Of a stretch of DNA of 64,000 bases, positions 39,471 to 53,989 are shown one piece after another (positions within the stretch are counted from its first letter, which is position 1; each line of letters begins with the position of its first letter). The notes beneath the pieces were generated by a model that was given only the letters and a program-made list of their open reading frames with translations, did not search any database and had not been told where the DNA came from. The stretch is taken from the NCBI RefSeq assembly GCF_006345805.1, contig NC_043003.1, positions 43,338,001-43,402,000 on the forward strand. Reading direction: 5' to 3'. Origin of the DNA: Octopus sinensis (taxonomy: Eukaryota). A program made the position numbers and the translations under genes.

Positions 39471-39889
39471 TATGTGTATGTGTGTGCGTATGTATGCATA
39501 TGTGTATGTGTGTTAGTGTATATATATATATTTATATATATATTTATATATGTGTAGACACACAGCCACGCACACACACATATATAAATATATATATACA
39601 TATATATATATATATTGGGAAAAGAGAGATAGAGTAGAGAATTAGCGAGATGTCTGTTTACCTTTCTTGCACTGTCAACCTAGATTAAATCCCCATTGAA
39701 AAATAATCTCCCTACGCCGTTAATTTTGGTAATGCTTCATATAGTTTTGATACAACCGAGACATTTTCTAATTTTATAGTCCTACAACACTATATGCGTC
39801 TTTCTGTATTTGTGTCTAGTACTGTGTATCTTGTTTTATTGGCTGATTTACTAGTGTTCTTTTTTTTAAATATATATTTTTCTATTTGT

Positions 39890-39908
39890 TTCTCTTATTT
39901 ATCGAATG

Positions 39909-39990
<82 letters not shown>

Positions 39991-39995
39991 ATATG

Positions 39996-40042
<47 letters not shown>

Positions 40043-40058
40043 ATATATATATATATAT

Positions 40059-40113
<55 letters not shown>

Positions 40114-40160
40114 TATGTATATACATACATACATATGTGTGTATTTCTATGTATACATAT
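39890..40160. repeat. (TA)n/(TATG)n compound microsatellite
   Basis: Direct reading; source of six spurious YI-repeat ORFs. Confidence 0.95.
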
Positions 40161-40895
40161 ACAATGATAAACAATAGAATGATTTTACATATAAATGTTC
40201 GTGTGTATGTGCGTGCCTGTGTTTATATATGAATCTATATTTTTTTTCCAGATGGCAGATATGTTTGATTTATATTTATTTCACTGTACCAGAAAAGAAG
40301 AGGACGAAGAAAAAGAAGAAAGAAAAAAATGAAAAGCAATATCATACAAAATAAAAAAGACAATAAATATGTGTGAAAAAAAACAAACAAAAAAAAACGC
40401 AAAATGGAGAAAGAGAAATAGAGAAAAGATGGCGAAAAATAAATAAATTAGTAAAGAAAAAAATAAAACGTTGTAACAGGAAGCGAAAAGAAAGAAGTAA
40501 TAAATATTTTTAAAAGCCAAGCGCAAGGAAGAACTGAAGAAGTAACAGTTTCAAACTCAGCAAAATTCTATTTAATCTTATTTCTTCTATTATTATTATA
40601 TTGATGTTTACTGTATATTTCTTTTTTTTCTTTTATTTATTGTCATTGTTGTTGAGCTTGTTGTTATTCTTTCATAGCTATTATGTTGTTGTTATAGAAG
40701 GATAGCTATTGATATGTTATTATAAGCATTGTGTGTTGTAAGATTCATAGCTATTGTTTTGTTCTTTATAAATTCTTTATTATAGTTAGTTGTATAGTTA
40801 TTTCTTTACTGCTACATTCCTATATTTTGCTTGTGTTAGGGACCCGCCTATTGAGTGTGTGTACGTATATAAGACAGCATGTATGTATTTATAAG

Positions 40896-40946
<51 letters not shown>

Positions 40947-41216
40947 TCTTATGCATATGCAGTTATATATATAGGTATATATATATATAATCTACCACTA
41001 CACGTATATGTGTACACTAGTTGTTGTTTTCGTAGCTGCTGTCTTTTTTACGTCTTAGCATTGTTTGAGGTGAAGCACATTCGCACGTGCGCTCACAAAC
41101 GCAGACATACATGCACACACACGTACACTAACACAACCACTCATATACACTAACAGAACTACACGAATATACGCCTACCTATATGAAGGGGCGTGTAACT
41201 TTATATATCTATATCT

Positions 41217-41252
<36 letters not shown>

Positions 41253-41327
41253 CTATATCTATCTATCTATCTATATATCTATATCTATCTATCTATATAT
41301 ATATATATATATATATGTGTATGTCTG

Positions 41328-41397
<70 letters not shown>

Positions 41398-42546
41398 CAG
41401 TAATACATTCTTTACTCTAAACTGATATTCTTCCATTTTTTCCTCATATTCCTACATCTATCATTCCTTATTCTTTTGGTTGTTTTTCTATTGTGTTGCC
41501 ATAAACTATCACACCTCCACCGTTGATGCGGTAATTTACATGATATTGTTTCAAACATCATATATATTTATATAGACACTCATCTACCCTCATCGCATAT
41601 ATATATACATATACCTATATCTATAAGCGTGTAATTTTGTGTTTGTGTATGTATATGTGTTTGTATAACTGTGTACATCATAGTTATATGTAATGAGTAT
41701 TTGCCAGCCCTTTCCCAAAGGGAAAGGCGTATAACCATTACTTTACTTGTTCAAATTCCCAGAGATATGAAATTCTGGTGATATTATATGAGTATCTTGT
41801 TTTTTCTATTGTTGTCAATTTACAGTTTTATTCTTCTGACAACACTATTAAAAAGAAGTTTCTGTGAATATATATTCTTGTCATCATTTCTTGCACATAT
41901 TATATAACGTCGTGTTTACTACTGAAACTCTTGCCTTCAATAGAGATATTATTTCATATTTGTTATTTGTCTGTTGCTAGAAAATAGTGTATCGGCCTTA
42001 GTAATTACTGATTCTCAGCTACATTCTTAGATCAAATCCTGTACAAACCTCCTAAGAATCTTATTCATGCAGAATTCTATAGAGTAGTTCGATTTTAGCA
42101 TTGAGGTCAGTGTAATTGTCGTGTTTCCGCTCACAGAATGTGCAATGAAGTGCTCATGAAAGAAAGGACAGAAAAAATTGCAATTATATTTCTTAACATA
42201 GGTGTGAAGATGCATTTGGAAAGGGTGGAAGTAAAACTTTTGACCTATATTTTATTTTTATCGTCCACGTAAGGTAGAAGAGCATGTTTGACATCAGAGT
42301 GATTTTAAATCAGAACTGCTAAATAGTCAAAACATAACTCAAATAGCTTTGTTAACGATTTTGATAATCTGCTTATGACATGATTTATAAGAGTGAAAAT
42401 TTGAAATCTTGACGTAATATATGTTGTGATTAATTACATCATATGGTTGTTGTACGTCTTAAAGTTGCTGAAGTATGAAATGGGATTAATTACATCACAT
42501 GAATTCTATATTCCTTAAGGGCGCAGAATGGTTGTCGTTAATCGTG

Positions 42547-42740
42547 ATAGCGAGTTGCCAGAATCGTTAGCACACCATGCAAAATGCTTAGTGGCTTTTC
42601 GTCTGTCTTTACGTTCTGAATTTAAATTCTGTCGAAATCGACTTTGCGTTTCATTGTGCGAGGTCGATAAAATAAGTACCAGTTGAATACTGGGGTCGAT
42701 GTGATCGACTTAACCCTCACGAAAACAAAACATGGTGATC
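42547..42740 (+). mobile_element. tRNA-derived SINE (OK-type)
   Basis: gcgagttgccagaatcgttagcac...gaggtcgataaaataagtaccagttgaatactggggtcgat. Confidence 0.8.
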
Positions 42741-42756
42741 TCGTACAATGATAAAC

Positions 42757-43019
42757 AGTCCATGTCTTTGCGGGTGGAACCCGATTAGAATTTTCTTCAG
42801 GTCGACTAGCGCATCACACTCAAAGCCTTGCTGAATAAGGGTTATGGTCAAACAACTGAGAAACAAATCTGAGGTATTGAGCGGAATATTGGCTGTAGCT
42901 CATGTTTTACAAGACAAAAGATGTACATGATTAAACTTCCAATGAGAAACCATGGGAGCCAGATATTGGTATTGCATCAGTGCATACATATTTTATCAGG
43001 GCATATTTGTTGCATCAGG

Positions 43020-43074
<55 letters not shown>

Positions 43075-43452
43075 TATTATTATTATGATTGTACTTCAGA
43101 TCGAGTAGCACATCCCGCAAGATAGGTCCCTGAATAAAGATTGTTGGAGGATGTTAAATGAAACACCCATATTTCAAAGGTGAATTAGCAAAACTCCAAA
43201 TAATCCCTCTCATGGCTATGATGCCCTTCCACTCCTTCTGCTCGTGATCAGAGATGCTCATATCGTCAGCTACAATGGGACATGCTCAACTGGTTAAGGT
43301 GAAGCAACTGACAAGCAAATCCGTTGTATTGAACAGAATATTTGCTGTAGCCCATCTTTTATACGAAGACAAAACATGTACATAATAATACTTCCAATCA
43401 GTTAAGATCATAAGCCATGAAAGCCAGAGCCTGGTACTGCGTTAGGGCATAT
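42757..43452 (-). mobile_element. Two partial copies of the ~550-bp TAA-tailed repeat separated by (TTA)n
   Basis: 42757-42988 and 43093-43452 are reverse complements of parts of 50558-51105 and 56259-56800. Confidence 0.8.
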
Positions 43453-43849
43453 ATATGTTTGGGGTGGGGATCGTCACAAATCTGCCTCGTGAGTTCTGAC
43501 TAATTTATAGCTATCGACTAGACTACACAAGTACAACTATGTAGACAAAGATCATAGGGTCATGAAAATTATATCTAGACAATTATGCGGATGGTTAGCA
43601 GATAGCAGTAATATAGTATGTCCACAATTCTAATATTTTCGGCTACACAGAATACAAATGTTTTATACGTACGGTCGACCAAGGTACACAGCACACACAA
43701 TAAACTATCACTGGAAAGTAAATTAATCTTTCCCGGTGTAACAAATGTGCAGAATCCGAATTGGAGAATTAGTTAAAATGGAGTGGAGAGGAGTAGTGCT
43801 GGTTAGCCAAGAAAATCTCTATTAGATTACGATCTATTACGTTTAGCAT

Positions 43850-44135
43850 TGAAGGCACATGGCTCAGTGGTTGGAGCATCGGTCATGCGATCTAGGAATT
43901 GTAAGTCCGAATCCCGGGCTGTGTGTTGTTGAGCAAGACACTTTATTTCACGGTTCTCCAGTTTATTCCGCTGTATCGGCCTTGAGCAATAGCGGTAGCG
44001 TGGAGAGGGATTGGTATGCACGGGAGACAGCTGATCTTCTGTAAACAACCTTGACCGGAGTTGTACCTCAGAGGTGAACATTCTATGTGCAATCCCCTGA
44101 CCATTCTTGGCCGAAAGTGATCTTTACCCTTTTAG
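43850..44135 (+). mobile_element. tRNA-derived SINE (OR-type)
   Basis: ggcacatggctcagtggttggagc (A box), agtccgaatccc (B box), ttgagcaagacact core, ctttaccctttt tail. Confidence 0.8.
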
Positions 44136-44599
44136 GTTTGACAAGGAAGTAATTCTAGATAAGATTTAGGAGTATATAAGCGCTTAGAAAAGTATTGTGA
44201 CATATGTACTGCTGCTAGTTTGAACTTCGGTAGCAATGCCCTGCTGCACAATACGGAAGTCACTTGGTTTAAATGGTTTACATTAGCAAATTTACCGTCA
44301 TATGACAGGCTTATTACGGGACCTCTCGGCAGCTGACTACTGCTACTTGTAGTAGAGCAGCAGAATCCGTAGTCTTGCGAAAAGAGGTGTTGGTGCTGCG
44401 GAGGAAAAGCCGAATTCAGAGTTGATTGCAGAACATTAGCACCAGAACTCTGCTGAATACGGAATTGGTGATGTTGGCTAACGTGCTACTAAATATGTTG
44501 TTGGTTCTCTTCAATATCTTCAATACACAGGTCGGAGAGACACAGGCATGTATAATACCAAACTGACGACAACCTCCGCTTCACGCGGTATGTCATAGA

Positions 44600-44893
44600 A
44601 TGGATGGATAATGAACCAAACATGGCAGCGGATAGTTCCTATAAAAGTAGTCCCAATTGATATAGGAGCCCTAGTTATCCTCGCTAACAAACTTCGCAAC
44701 GACTTTATTGAGAATGGTATAACTACAAAACTTGTATTAATTCAAAAATCTGTTTTATTGGGAAGAACAAGAATTGTAGGAAAGGTCCTCGATCTCTCAA
44801 TAAAGTGGTTGTGACCCAGTAACAAGAACATTTATTTTGGAATTAAAACATACGTCCACACCATGAAACTATCAAATGTCGAAAAATAATAAT
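44600..44893 (+). mobile_element. R4/Dong LINE 3' fragment
   Basis: VVPIDIGAL...LIQKSVLLGRTRIVGKVLDL; ends in aataataat. Confidence 0.8.
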
Positions 44894-47800
44894 GGTGATG
44901 ACGATGGTGACGAACGATACCTTATCTCAGTTTAAAGAGACAGGAGTTTCTGAAGAAAATCTTGTTGTAACAGTGAAAATGAAGCTGAATATTTGAAGGA
45001 AGGCCTTTAGCTCGGCAGTGGTTCAGACTGACGACAGATGTTATACGAATGCAGCTTCAGCAGATAATAGAGTAAGGAAGAAGTGGACCAGCGAAAGAAA
45101 CAGGATAGTGATGCAGTGTTATTTAGAAAGTGAACCTAAATCAAAGGGCTATCGAAAACGGATGTTAACACTTTAGATAGAAAAGAGTATGTTTAAAATC
45201 ACTGAGCAGACATTAGTAGATGAAGCTAATTAGGAAAAGAAAGTGAATGAGAGAATTGGAGGTGGAAGAGATCACAAGAGAACTGGGAAAGAAAGACTAG
45301 GGAGTTGGAAAGACAAACAACATCATAAGACATGCAGCTCAAATCAAAGAGGAACCGAAAGAAGAAATAATAATAGCACTACCAATAAGGAAGAGACAAT
45401 TAGCACCAGTGACTTAAGTGATTTAAGTGAGGAATATCAGAAAAGTTTAGGTGAGGGGCAGGAAGTAATGAGTAAAGAAGTAAGAAAAAATTGCCAGTAT
45501 TAAAAAGGCAACAACAGAAGGAAGTTGCTAGATATGACTTGGAAAGTAGATTCAGTTATCAGTAGGATAGATACCAAAAAAATATAGGAGACATTAAATC
45601 ATTGGCCTATGCAGGACGGTAGTAGTCACAAGAAGATTAGATATCTCCCAGGGAAATACTAAAAAGAGCAAATATAATATGGAAAAGTTAGAAAACAAAA
45701 TAAAGTGAAGACTTTAACACAAGATCTGAGTTGAACAAAAGCTTGGAAACTGAATAAGTTAGAAAACTCAAGATGCAAAGATTCCTTTGAGAAAATATAC
45801 TTGGTCAAAGAGAAAGGATTTGCGACAGTAATAGAAAAGTTGAAAGATCGTATTATAGCAGTAAAAGGCAAGTTCTCCAGATATCAGAAAAGAAAAGATC
45901 AGTATCAACAGAATAGACTATTTGAGACAAACAAGAGGAGATTTAAAACCAAATAAGTAGTGGAGAACGAAGTACTGAAGATGAGAAACCTAATGCAAAA
46001 GAAGCTAGAAGATTCTGGAATAATATTTAGGATAAGCCTGTCAATCATAATGGAGATACAGTATGATTAAAGAAAGTGGGGGAAGAACTAGTGAGAGAGA
46101 AGCAGCCAGATCTAAGAGTAACTAGTGCGTTAATGAGGAAAGTGTTAAGGAACATGCGGAATTAGAAGGGTGCAGGATCTGATTTCGTTCAAGGGTTCAT
46201 GAGAACAACTTCAGGATTGCTTTAATGGAGGAATAATAGGGAGGGAGGACAATACATATTATGAAAGATAAGAGCAAGGGTAGTACAGCTAGCAACTTTA
46301 AATTAAGCAGTTGCTTAACGCTAGTGTGGAAACTGTTAACAGGAATGCTTTCAGAAAGCATTTACGAGCATCTTGGCTACCAGAATTTGCTGCCGGAACA
46401 ACAAAAAGATTGCAGGAAGAAGGCGAGAGAAAGGCAAAGCAGTTCTGAATGAAGTAAAAGCTAGAAGGAAAACTCAAATAATAGCATGGATAGATATAGG
46501 AAAGTCTATAACATGATCTCACAATCATAGGTAAGTGAATGTTTGAGTATATTCAGTATAACAGACAACATCAGAGAGCTAATTAGATTTAGCATGAAGA
46601 AATGGAAAGTAGATCTGTGTTCATGTGGCAAATGCTTAGAGAATGTTCGTATCAAAAGAGGAGTTTTCCGAGGAGTTTCGTTGATCCTTATAATATTTGT
46701 CTTATGTTTGATGCCACTCAATTTAGAATTAAGGAAGGCAAATGTGGCTATCAGTTCAGAAATAGTAAAGGAAAAAATAGCCATTTGCTCTATATGGATG
46801 ATCTGAAATATTTTAAATAAGAATGAAAAAGAAATAAATTCGTTAAGCAAACTGTAAAAGTCATCAGTAAATATATAGCAAAGATACATTGCATATAGAC
46901 AAATGTGCAATATTAGACACAAGAAAGGGAACATGTAGTCGACAGCGAGGGCATCCAATTACCAGATGGTCAGACCTTAAAATCATTGAAAGGAGGAGAG
47001 AGTTATAAGTATCTATAAGTAATAACTATAGAAATGAAAACGAAAATTGAGAAGGAGTATTAGATTTAGACGGTTGCATTAGGTTTGAGAACGGTAAGGA
47101 AGCTAATGAAGTCAAAGCTAAACTATCTGAATCTAGTGAAGACTGTAAATAACTTGGCAGTATCATTACTTAAATACTCAGCAGCTTTTGTAGACTGGAT
47201 AAAAACTGAACTATCAAAACTAGACAGAAGAACTACAAAGGAATTCAATATGAATGGAGGACCCCACTCAAGGGGAGGAGTAGCAAGATTATATTTAGTT
47301 GAAAAGAAAGTAGAAGAGGGGTAATATCAGTAGAATACTGCATAGAGTTGGATAGAGTAGATATAGAATCCTACGTAGGTAATAGTGAAGCAAGATTATT
47401 AAAAGCTACTGGAGCAACAAGACATAGGGAACCCGAAAACCCAATGAAGTTGGAAACCAGAAAAAAGAACAGAAATTATCTGACATGAAGGATAAGGCGT
47501 TGCATGGTAGATTCCCAAATATAGTCGCAGGAAATAGTAGTAGTGAAATAGTGAGACATGGTTGCAGAAAGAACAACTGAAAAGGAAGACAAAATGTTTG
47601 TTAGTATCAGAAAATAAAGCAATGACGACTAATTCGATAAAAGCCAAGATAGACAAAAACCAAGTAGATTCCCATTATAGACAAATTAAAGAGGAAAGTG
47701 TTACTCATATATTAAGTGAATGTAGCATGCTGGCACAGAAAATATAGAAGAAAAGTCATGAAAACCTAGGGAGAGTAATCCACTGGGAATTAGGTAGGAA

Positions 47801-48320
47801 GCTTAGATTGGAACATACTGATAAATGGTATGAACATGAACGTAGTAAAGTACAGGAAAGTAAGAAATACAAGATGTTGTAGGACTTTAACATTCCAAAT
47901 AATAGAGTAGTAGAGTCTAGAAGGCCGGATTCAGTAGTAATAGATAAAGAGAATAGAAAATACAAGATAATTGACTTTACAGTCCCGAATAATGAAAAAA
48001 ATTCAATACGTGGGGTATAGAAAAAAGTAGCAAAGTACCAGGACCTAGCCATTGAATTAGAGACTATAGAAAGTGTGGGGAAAGTATATCCCAGTAGTAA
48101 TAGGTGCACTGGGGACTATTCCTAAATATTTGAATAGATGGATAGAGGAAACAGGCATAAAACCCAGTTCAGCATAGCTCCAGAAACAGCGTTTTCACAG
48201 ACAGCTAGGATTCTTAGAAGGATTGTTGGCATCTAAGATTACTTGTAGCCCGATGTTAGGATGACTTTTCTTTTGCAACAGTCTAATCTGTTGTGTGTTT
48301 ATGAAAATCCTAATAATAAT
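44894..48320 (+). mobile_element. Near full-length degenerate R4/Dong-clade LINE
   Basis: RKKWTSERNRIVMQCYLESEPKSKGYRKRM; YQQNRLF; LVWKLLTG; IKRGVFRG; HLLYMDDLKYF; ESVTHILSECSMLAQ; RRPDSVVIDK; KYQDLAIEL; ILRRIVGI*; (TAA)n tail. Confidence 0.92.
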
Positions 48321-48364
48321 AAAAACAATAATAACATTAATAATATTAATAATAACAATAACAG

Positions 48365-48459
<95 letters not shown>

Positions 48460-48466
48460 TAATAAT
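48311..48466. repeat. (TAA)n/(CAA)n microsatellite
   Basis: Direct reading. Confidence 0.95.
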
Positions 48467-50348
48467 AGTCAAGACGAAAAGAGCGATTCGATTGTAAGAT
48501 AATTTATTGGTTGAACGATATTTCAACAGTAAGTCTGTCTTCGTCAAGTTCAAGACAAGAAGTGCAAAAAATACAAAATCATAAAAATTTGAACGTAAAA
48601 TATGAACGAGGGCAACCAGCGTCCATGCGTTGATGGAATGACATCATCAGTTTTTGAGTTACAATTTATAACAGGTGAAAAGAGAAAAACAGAAAAAAAA
48701 AAACAGAAAAAAGGAGACGACAGAAATATTTCCTCCAATGCGCCCAATTTGCAGCGGATCTGAATTTTGCACGGCCAAAATTTCGGAATAGCTGGATGGC
48801 CTTCTACTCCCCTTCGCAAAACGATCAAGTTCCTATATTCAGGATACCTTTGATCTTGTATCTAAAATCAATAACTCTTTTAAACACCGAGGCCGTATCC
48901 AGAACTGATTTTGGTAACCATAACTGTTTCTTCCTTATATCTCAATATTGAGCACAATGGAGTAGAAGAGTGCATGAATGCCTTCGAAAAGCGGTAAAAC
49001 AAAAGTATTCCATCAACTTTCTCTTTAGATTATTGAGGTTTGTGTTAGAAAGATTTTACCACCAGCCGAAGGGTTGCGCCATGGGTACCCTCATGGCAGT
49101 TAATTTCGCTAATGTCTTTCATGATGAAATTCGAGACACGGTTACTGAAGACATTCAATTCCCTTCAAAGTCATGAACCAATACGCTGGTTACGGTTCAT
49201 TGATGACACAGGATAGTTTAATGGACTTCTTGCATTCCAGTGACTGTTGTGCTAGAAACTATGGCTTTAAGTCCAACATAAAATTACGTCTAGTTTTTCA
49301 AAAACTAGCGTTGGATGTTTGGACGCAAAAGTTTTCTGGAGGCCTTGTTTTGCAAGCCACGTCATCCCACATTCATCTCCACCGCCGCTCCGATCATCCA
49401 CATCCTCTTATTCAGTCAAATCCGAAATCCCTATTTTTAAAGATAAAACGGATTTGTACTGATAGGGGATTACTGGAAACATGTAAATACTTTTGTATAT
49501 CATTATTTCAAACGCGGTTACAGTGAACCATGATTAAAGAAAATAGCAAATGAAATGGCTATGATTAGCAAAGATAGTCAATCCTTCAGGCATAATTTTA
49601 GTAAACACAATAAAATAGATGATATAATTCCTTTAGCTGGCACCGACATTTAGCTGGCATTTCAAAAGTGTTGCATGAAAGTTACCAGCATGTGGCGAAA
49701 ATTATCTTCGTTTCAAACAGATATTTCTTCAGCCGAATATTGTAGCCTTTAGACGGAATAAGAATATAAGAGAATTATCGACCTCTACATCTGACATAAA
49801 GAAAACGAACATTGGAGTATCTGCACGCTGTATCTTAAAGAATAGCCGCAAGATAAGTAAGCCTTGTTCCTTGAACAACAAGAGTGAAGTGAATTCCATC
49901 AGAAACCCTACCATTTGGTGTAAGCCGCAGAATGCACGAAACACAATTTATGTTGGTTGTACAACGGAACAATTAAACAAAAGGTTTAATGGGCACAGAT
50001 TCTACGTCAGGCACAATAACAGTAGTTCGATAGAACTTACTGAACATTTCATTTCAGGCGGCTGCAATTTTGAAGAAGACTTGAAAGTGAATATTCTCAG
50101 AAAATATTTTGAATCTGCATCACTTTCACTTCTCAGAATGTATGAGGAGAAATATGTTTGCGGCTTATTAATATGACGCCCTGGAGGAATGAATAAGATG
50201 ACAGGAGTATATCATCAAAGTTATACAAAACTCTTTGATTAAATATTCTTCTTTCTCTGTTTTTTTTTCATTCTTCTTTTTTTTTCTGTTGAAATGTCGT
50301 TCAACTAATAAAATATCTTACAATCGAATCGCACTCTTCGACTTGGCT
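48466..50348 (+). mobile_element. Penelope-like element (family C) with inverted terminal repeat
   Basis: RT remnants SYIQDTFDL, SSLYLNIEH, YHQPKGCAMGTLMAVNFAN, WLRFIDD; GIY-YIG IYVGCTTEQLNKRFNGHR; PGGMN. 48466-48530 is the reverse complement of 50286-50348. Confidence 0.9.
48511..48553 (-). ncRNA. Minimal type-I hammerhead motif (UUGACGA core, AUC triplet)
   Basis: Reverse strand: ttgaac-TTGACGA-a-gacag(actta)ctgtt-GAAA-ta-TC-gttcaa. 6-bp helix I and ATAT palindrome. Confidence 0.7.
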
Positions 50349-50389
50349 ATTTACATTTGTGAAGAGTTACGTCAATCCTTTTTAAAATA

Positions 50390-50442
50390 TAATGATAATG
50401 ACGATGAGGATGATGATGAAGATGACGATGATGAAGATGATA

Positions 50443-50498
<56 letters not shown>

Positions 50499-50520
50499 GG
50501 TGATGATGATGAAGATGATA

Positions 50521-50555
<35 letters not shown>
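50390..50555. repeat. (GAT)n microsatellite
   Basis: Direct reading; source of poly-D and poly-M ORFs. Confidence 0.95.
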
Positions 50556-50557
50556 AA

Positions 50558-51104
50558 ATGCTCTGATCCAGTACTAGGCAGTGACTCTCATAGCTTCTGA
50601 TCTTAACGGATTGGAAGTGTTATCATGTACATTGTTTTGTCTTGGTATAAAAGATGGGTTACAGCAAGTATTCTGCTCAGTACCACAGATTTACTTGTCA
50701 GTTGTCTGATCTTAACCAGTTGAGCATGTCCCTTATTGACTGACGATATGTGTATCGCAGATAACGAGAAGTATTGGTGGAGCATCATAGCCATGTGCTG
50801 AGATGAATTCTTTGGGGTTAGAATAATTCACCTCTAGAAATATGGAGGGTTTGTTAACATCCTTAATACAGCCCTTATTGAGGGGCTTTTGAGCGAGAAG
50901 GGCTAATCAACATAAAGACAATTGTAACTTGTCCCCACCTGCAAATTCATGTGCTGTTAATCTTGATATGAGATTACTGTGTCGCGCACATATAGTTGTG
51001 TTGCATGTGCCTGGCGTGCCCTTATGAGACGCGTAGTCATGATTGGTATACTGGGCTTCGTATATTTATATGTCACTTTCATGGCATTCACTGTTCTCTC
51101 ACTC

Positions 51105-51105
<1 letters not shown>
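50558..51105 (+). mobile_element. ~550-bp non-autonomous TAA-tailed repeat
   Basis: Aligns end to end with 56259-56800; ends ctctcactc(aat)n. Confidence 0.85.
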
Positions 51106-51572
<467 letters not shown>

Positions 51573-51599
51573 TTCATAATAATGCCGATGTTGACAAAG

Positions 51600-51950
51600 C
51601 CCTTACCCATCAATCAGAAACAGAATTGTTTCTCATAGCAGTCCTTTCTCTTTTTTTTCTAGTCTTTTTCCGAGAACATGGTCATGCACAAAATCGGCAG
51701 TGTAAAAGTATGTGGCCTGGGGTCACTTTGGAAGCGGAGTCACCTGCTCAACGACCACAGGGAAAGGGACTGAAAACAAGCACTTTTCTCTTTGACCTAT
51801 CCCTGATGAATTTCTTCAAGTTTTACTTGAAAAGGAAAATAAAGGTAGAGAGGGAAGTGCTCTCTTCTAGTCAGTTCGCCGAAAGGTGGTTGAAAGTAGC
51901 GAGAATGGTACGAGTGAACGGGCCTGCCCTGAGCATATGCCCGTAGGTAG
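51600..51950 (+). mobile_element. Tx1/L1 LINE 3' fragment
   Basis: FFKFYLKRKIKVEREVLSSSQFAERWLKVARMVRVNG is homologous to 38430-38540. Confidence 0.75.
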
Positions 51951-52249
51951 AAAAAGGAAGGGAAACGAAAAGAAAAATAAAACAAAAAGAAAAGGTACCT
52001 GCCCCACAAGTCAGGGTACCCAAGTTTTTTTTTTTTGTTTTATGTGATTAGCCCTTAAACGTCTCTTCCCTATTGAGGATTACATTGTGGATCTGCGATT
52101 TTTTATTATATTAGACTTATTTGCACGCAAAACACAAATAGACACACTCACACACATACATTATTCTTGCTTCGTCCTTTGCTGTCCATAATATTTTCCT
52201 TCATGTAAACACTTGTGGTTAATTAAGAAATCATCATTATTATTATTAA

Positions 52250-52400
52250 ATGAAATCTCACAGCTTATATTCGTGGGTATGATGGAAAGTGTCAGCTGTC
52301 AACAGCCAGCAGACTAAGGTGGCATTTGTTTACTGTTCATGCTTCAAGTACCCTGCGGATAATTCTTGCAGTTCCAAGCAATGCTGATTTTTTTAGGTGT
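52250..52400 (-). mobile_element. R4/Dong 3' end
   Basis: KSALLGTARIIRRVLEA*; the 3' UTR matches 56140-56230. Confidence 0.8.
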
Positions 52401-52447
52401 GCTACCTTCACACTTGACTGATATTATTATCATTATTTTTATCATCA

Positions 52448-52484
<37 letters not shown>

Positions 52485-52510
52485 CATCATCAGCATCATC
52501 ATCATTACGT

Positions 52511-52586
<76 letters not shown>

Positions 52587-52595
52587 TCATTTATA

Positions 52596-53960
52596 AGCCA
52601 CTTGGGCCGACATATAGGGGGCAATACAGTAGACGAGGACAGTGGGGGTTTACGGAAAACAACGAGTAAATAGTTAAGAAAACAATAATACTAAATATTA
52701 AACAAAAGAAAGATATCAATGAGATTTCCCCAATAGTGGAGATGACCACCCAAGGTTGGATCAGGCACTCCAGCAGTCGGGTGTACTCGGGAAAGGTACA
52801 CTTCTCCTTCTCAAATTCAACAGCCTACAGAGGAAATATTAGAGTAATAATGGGGTATTTTTACTACATTCAACCACCTTTCAGTAAATGTACTAGGTGG
52901 CATCACTTCTCTCCCCATCCTCATCTTCCTTTCCAAGGGAAATTTGAAAAGGATAATGAGGGATTGGCTGAAGAGAAAGATGTCTGTCTTCAGTCCTTTG
53001 AACCTGGTCCACTATACAACCTCTATACAACCAGACAGACGAAAGTCGCCTGCCTTTCCTGGCCAAAGGCAAGTGGCTGGTCAGTATTAACCCTGAACTT
53101 GGCCGCTAGCCGGATCCGTTCTATATGCAACAACCTTTCGACTTAAATGTAAAAGTCAGTAATGTATGAACACTGGGCGATTGCGTGCAGAACGGTTTCG
53201 TCGCTCTGCGCTCATCCTGGACAGGTCCGTCTGACAGTACTTACGTGCCTGTAGATTTTATGTCGAACCAGCAGTGACCTTCGCAAGCAATACCAAGCGA
53301 GGTATCTCTGCAAGTAATCCATCGTCCCAGGATCAAAATTTCTCCGGAACTCATTGGTCATTTCGACTTTGTCAACATCCAAAGCCGCTCCGAGGGCGTC
53401 ATCACATTTTCCTCTACTAGCCTTTATAGAATTCAAGAGTGGATGTTTCACCGCCCGGTTTTCCCACCTGGTAGATGTTTATGATTGCCTGGCAACATTG
53501 CAGACACCAGCCACCCTGTCTGGGTCTCTTCTTGACCTAGGACTGCAGCTCAATCAAGAACATGCGATAGGGAAAGGATTGTTTCACAAATGGCATTTAT
53601 ACCTGTTCACCGTTTAGTCAGAATATCTGGAGATGCATGCCACTGCCTCAGCGCATGTCTACCTATCATTAACCATGTCATTCCCAGCCCGCCCCGCAGA
53701 GGGTGATGGCAGTAGATGGACCAACTTAGAAACGAAAATTGTTCCCTCCACAAGAATTTTAAGAGGAGGCGATCCAACTCGGCGAGACGCAAACGGAAGA
53801 AAAATAAAGACAGTCAAGTTTTAGTAGATGACGGGCGTGATGTATTCATTCGTCGCTACTATCCGACCTTTCAGTGACAGCTTCCTCGCAGCCCATTTCT
53901 GGGTGAGACTGGCTACAGTGCTTGTCACCTCGCAGCAATTATGATCCACCTGGAGGTCTT
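52596..53960 (-). mobile_element. Tx1/L1 LINE 3' portion
   Basis: KWAARKLSLKGR; LDRLLLKFLWR...HPLRGGLGMTWL; DETVLHA; decayed HLKRK..VER tail. Confidence 0.8.
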
Positions 53961-53989
53961 TCCGTATTAGCGTCACTACGCCCCAACTC

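Noticed and set aside
44300-44385. HDV-like ribozyme candidate (tacgg/ccgta pairing plus internal hairpin)
   Set aside because: P1, P1.1 and P3 could not be assigned without several assumed mutations.
50235-50600. Poly-Asp ORF resembling a biomineralisation protein
   Set aside because: It spans a PLE terminus, a (GAT)n array and the start of a dispersed repeat, so it is an artefact.
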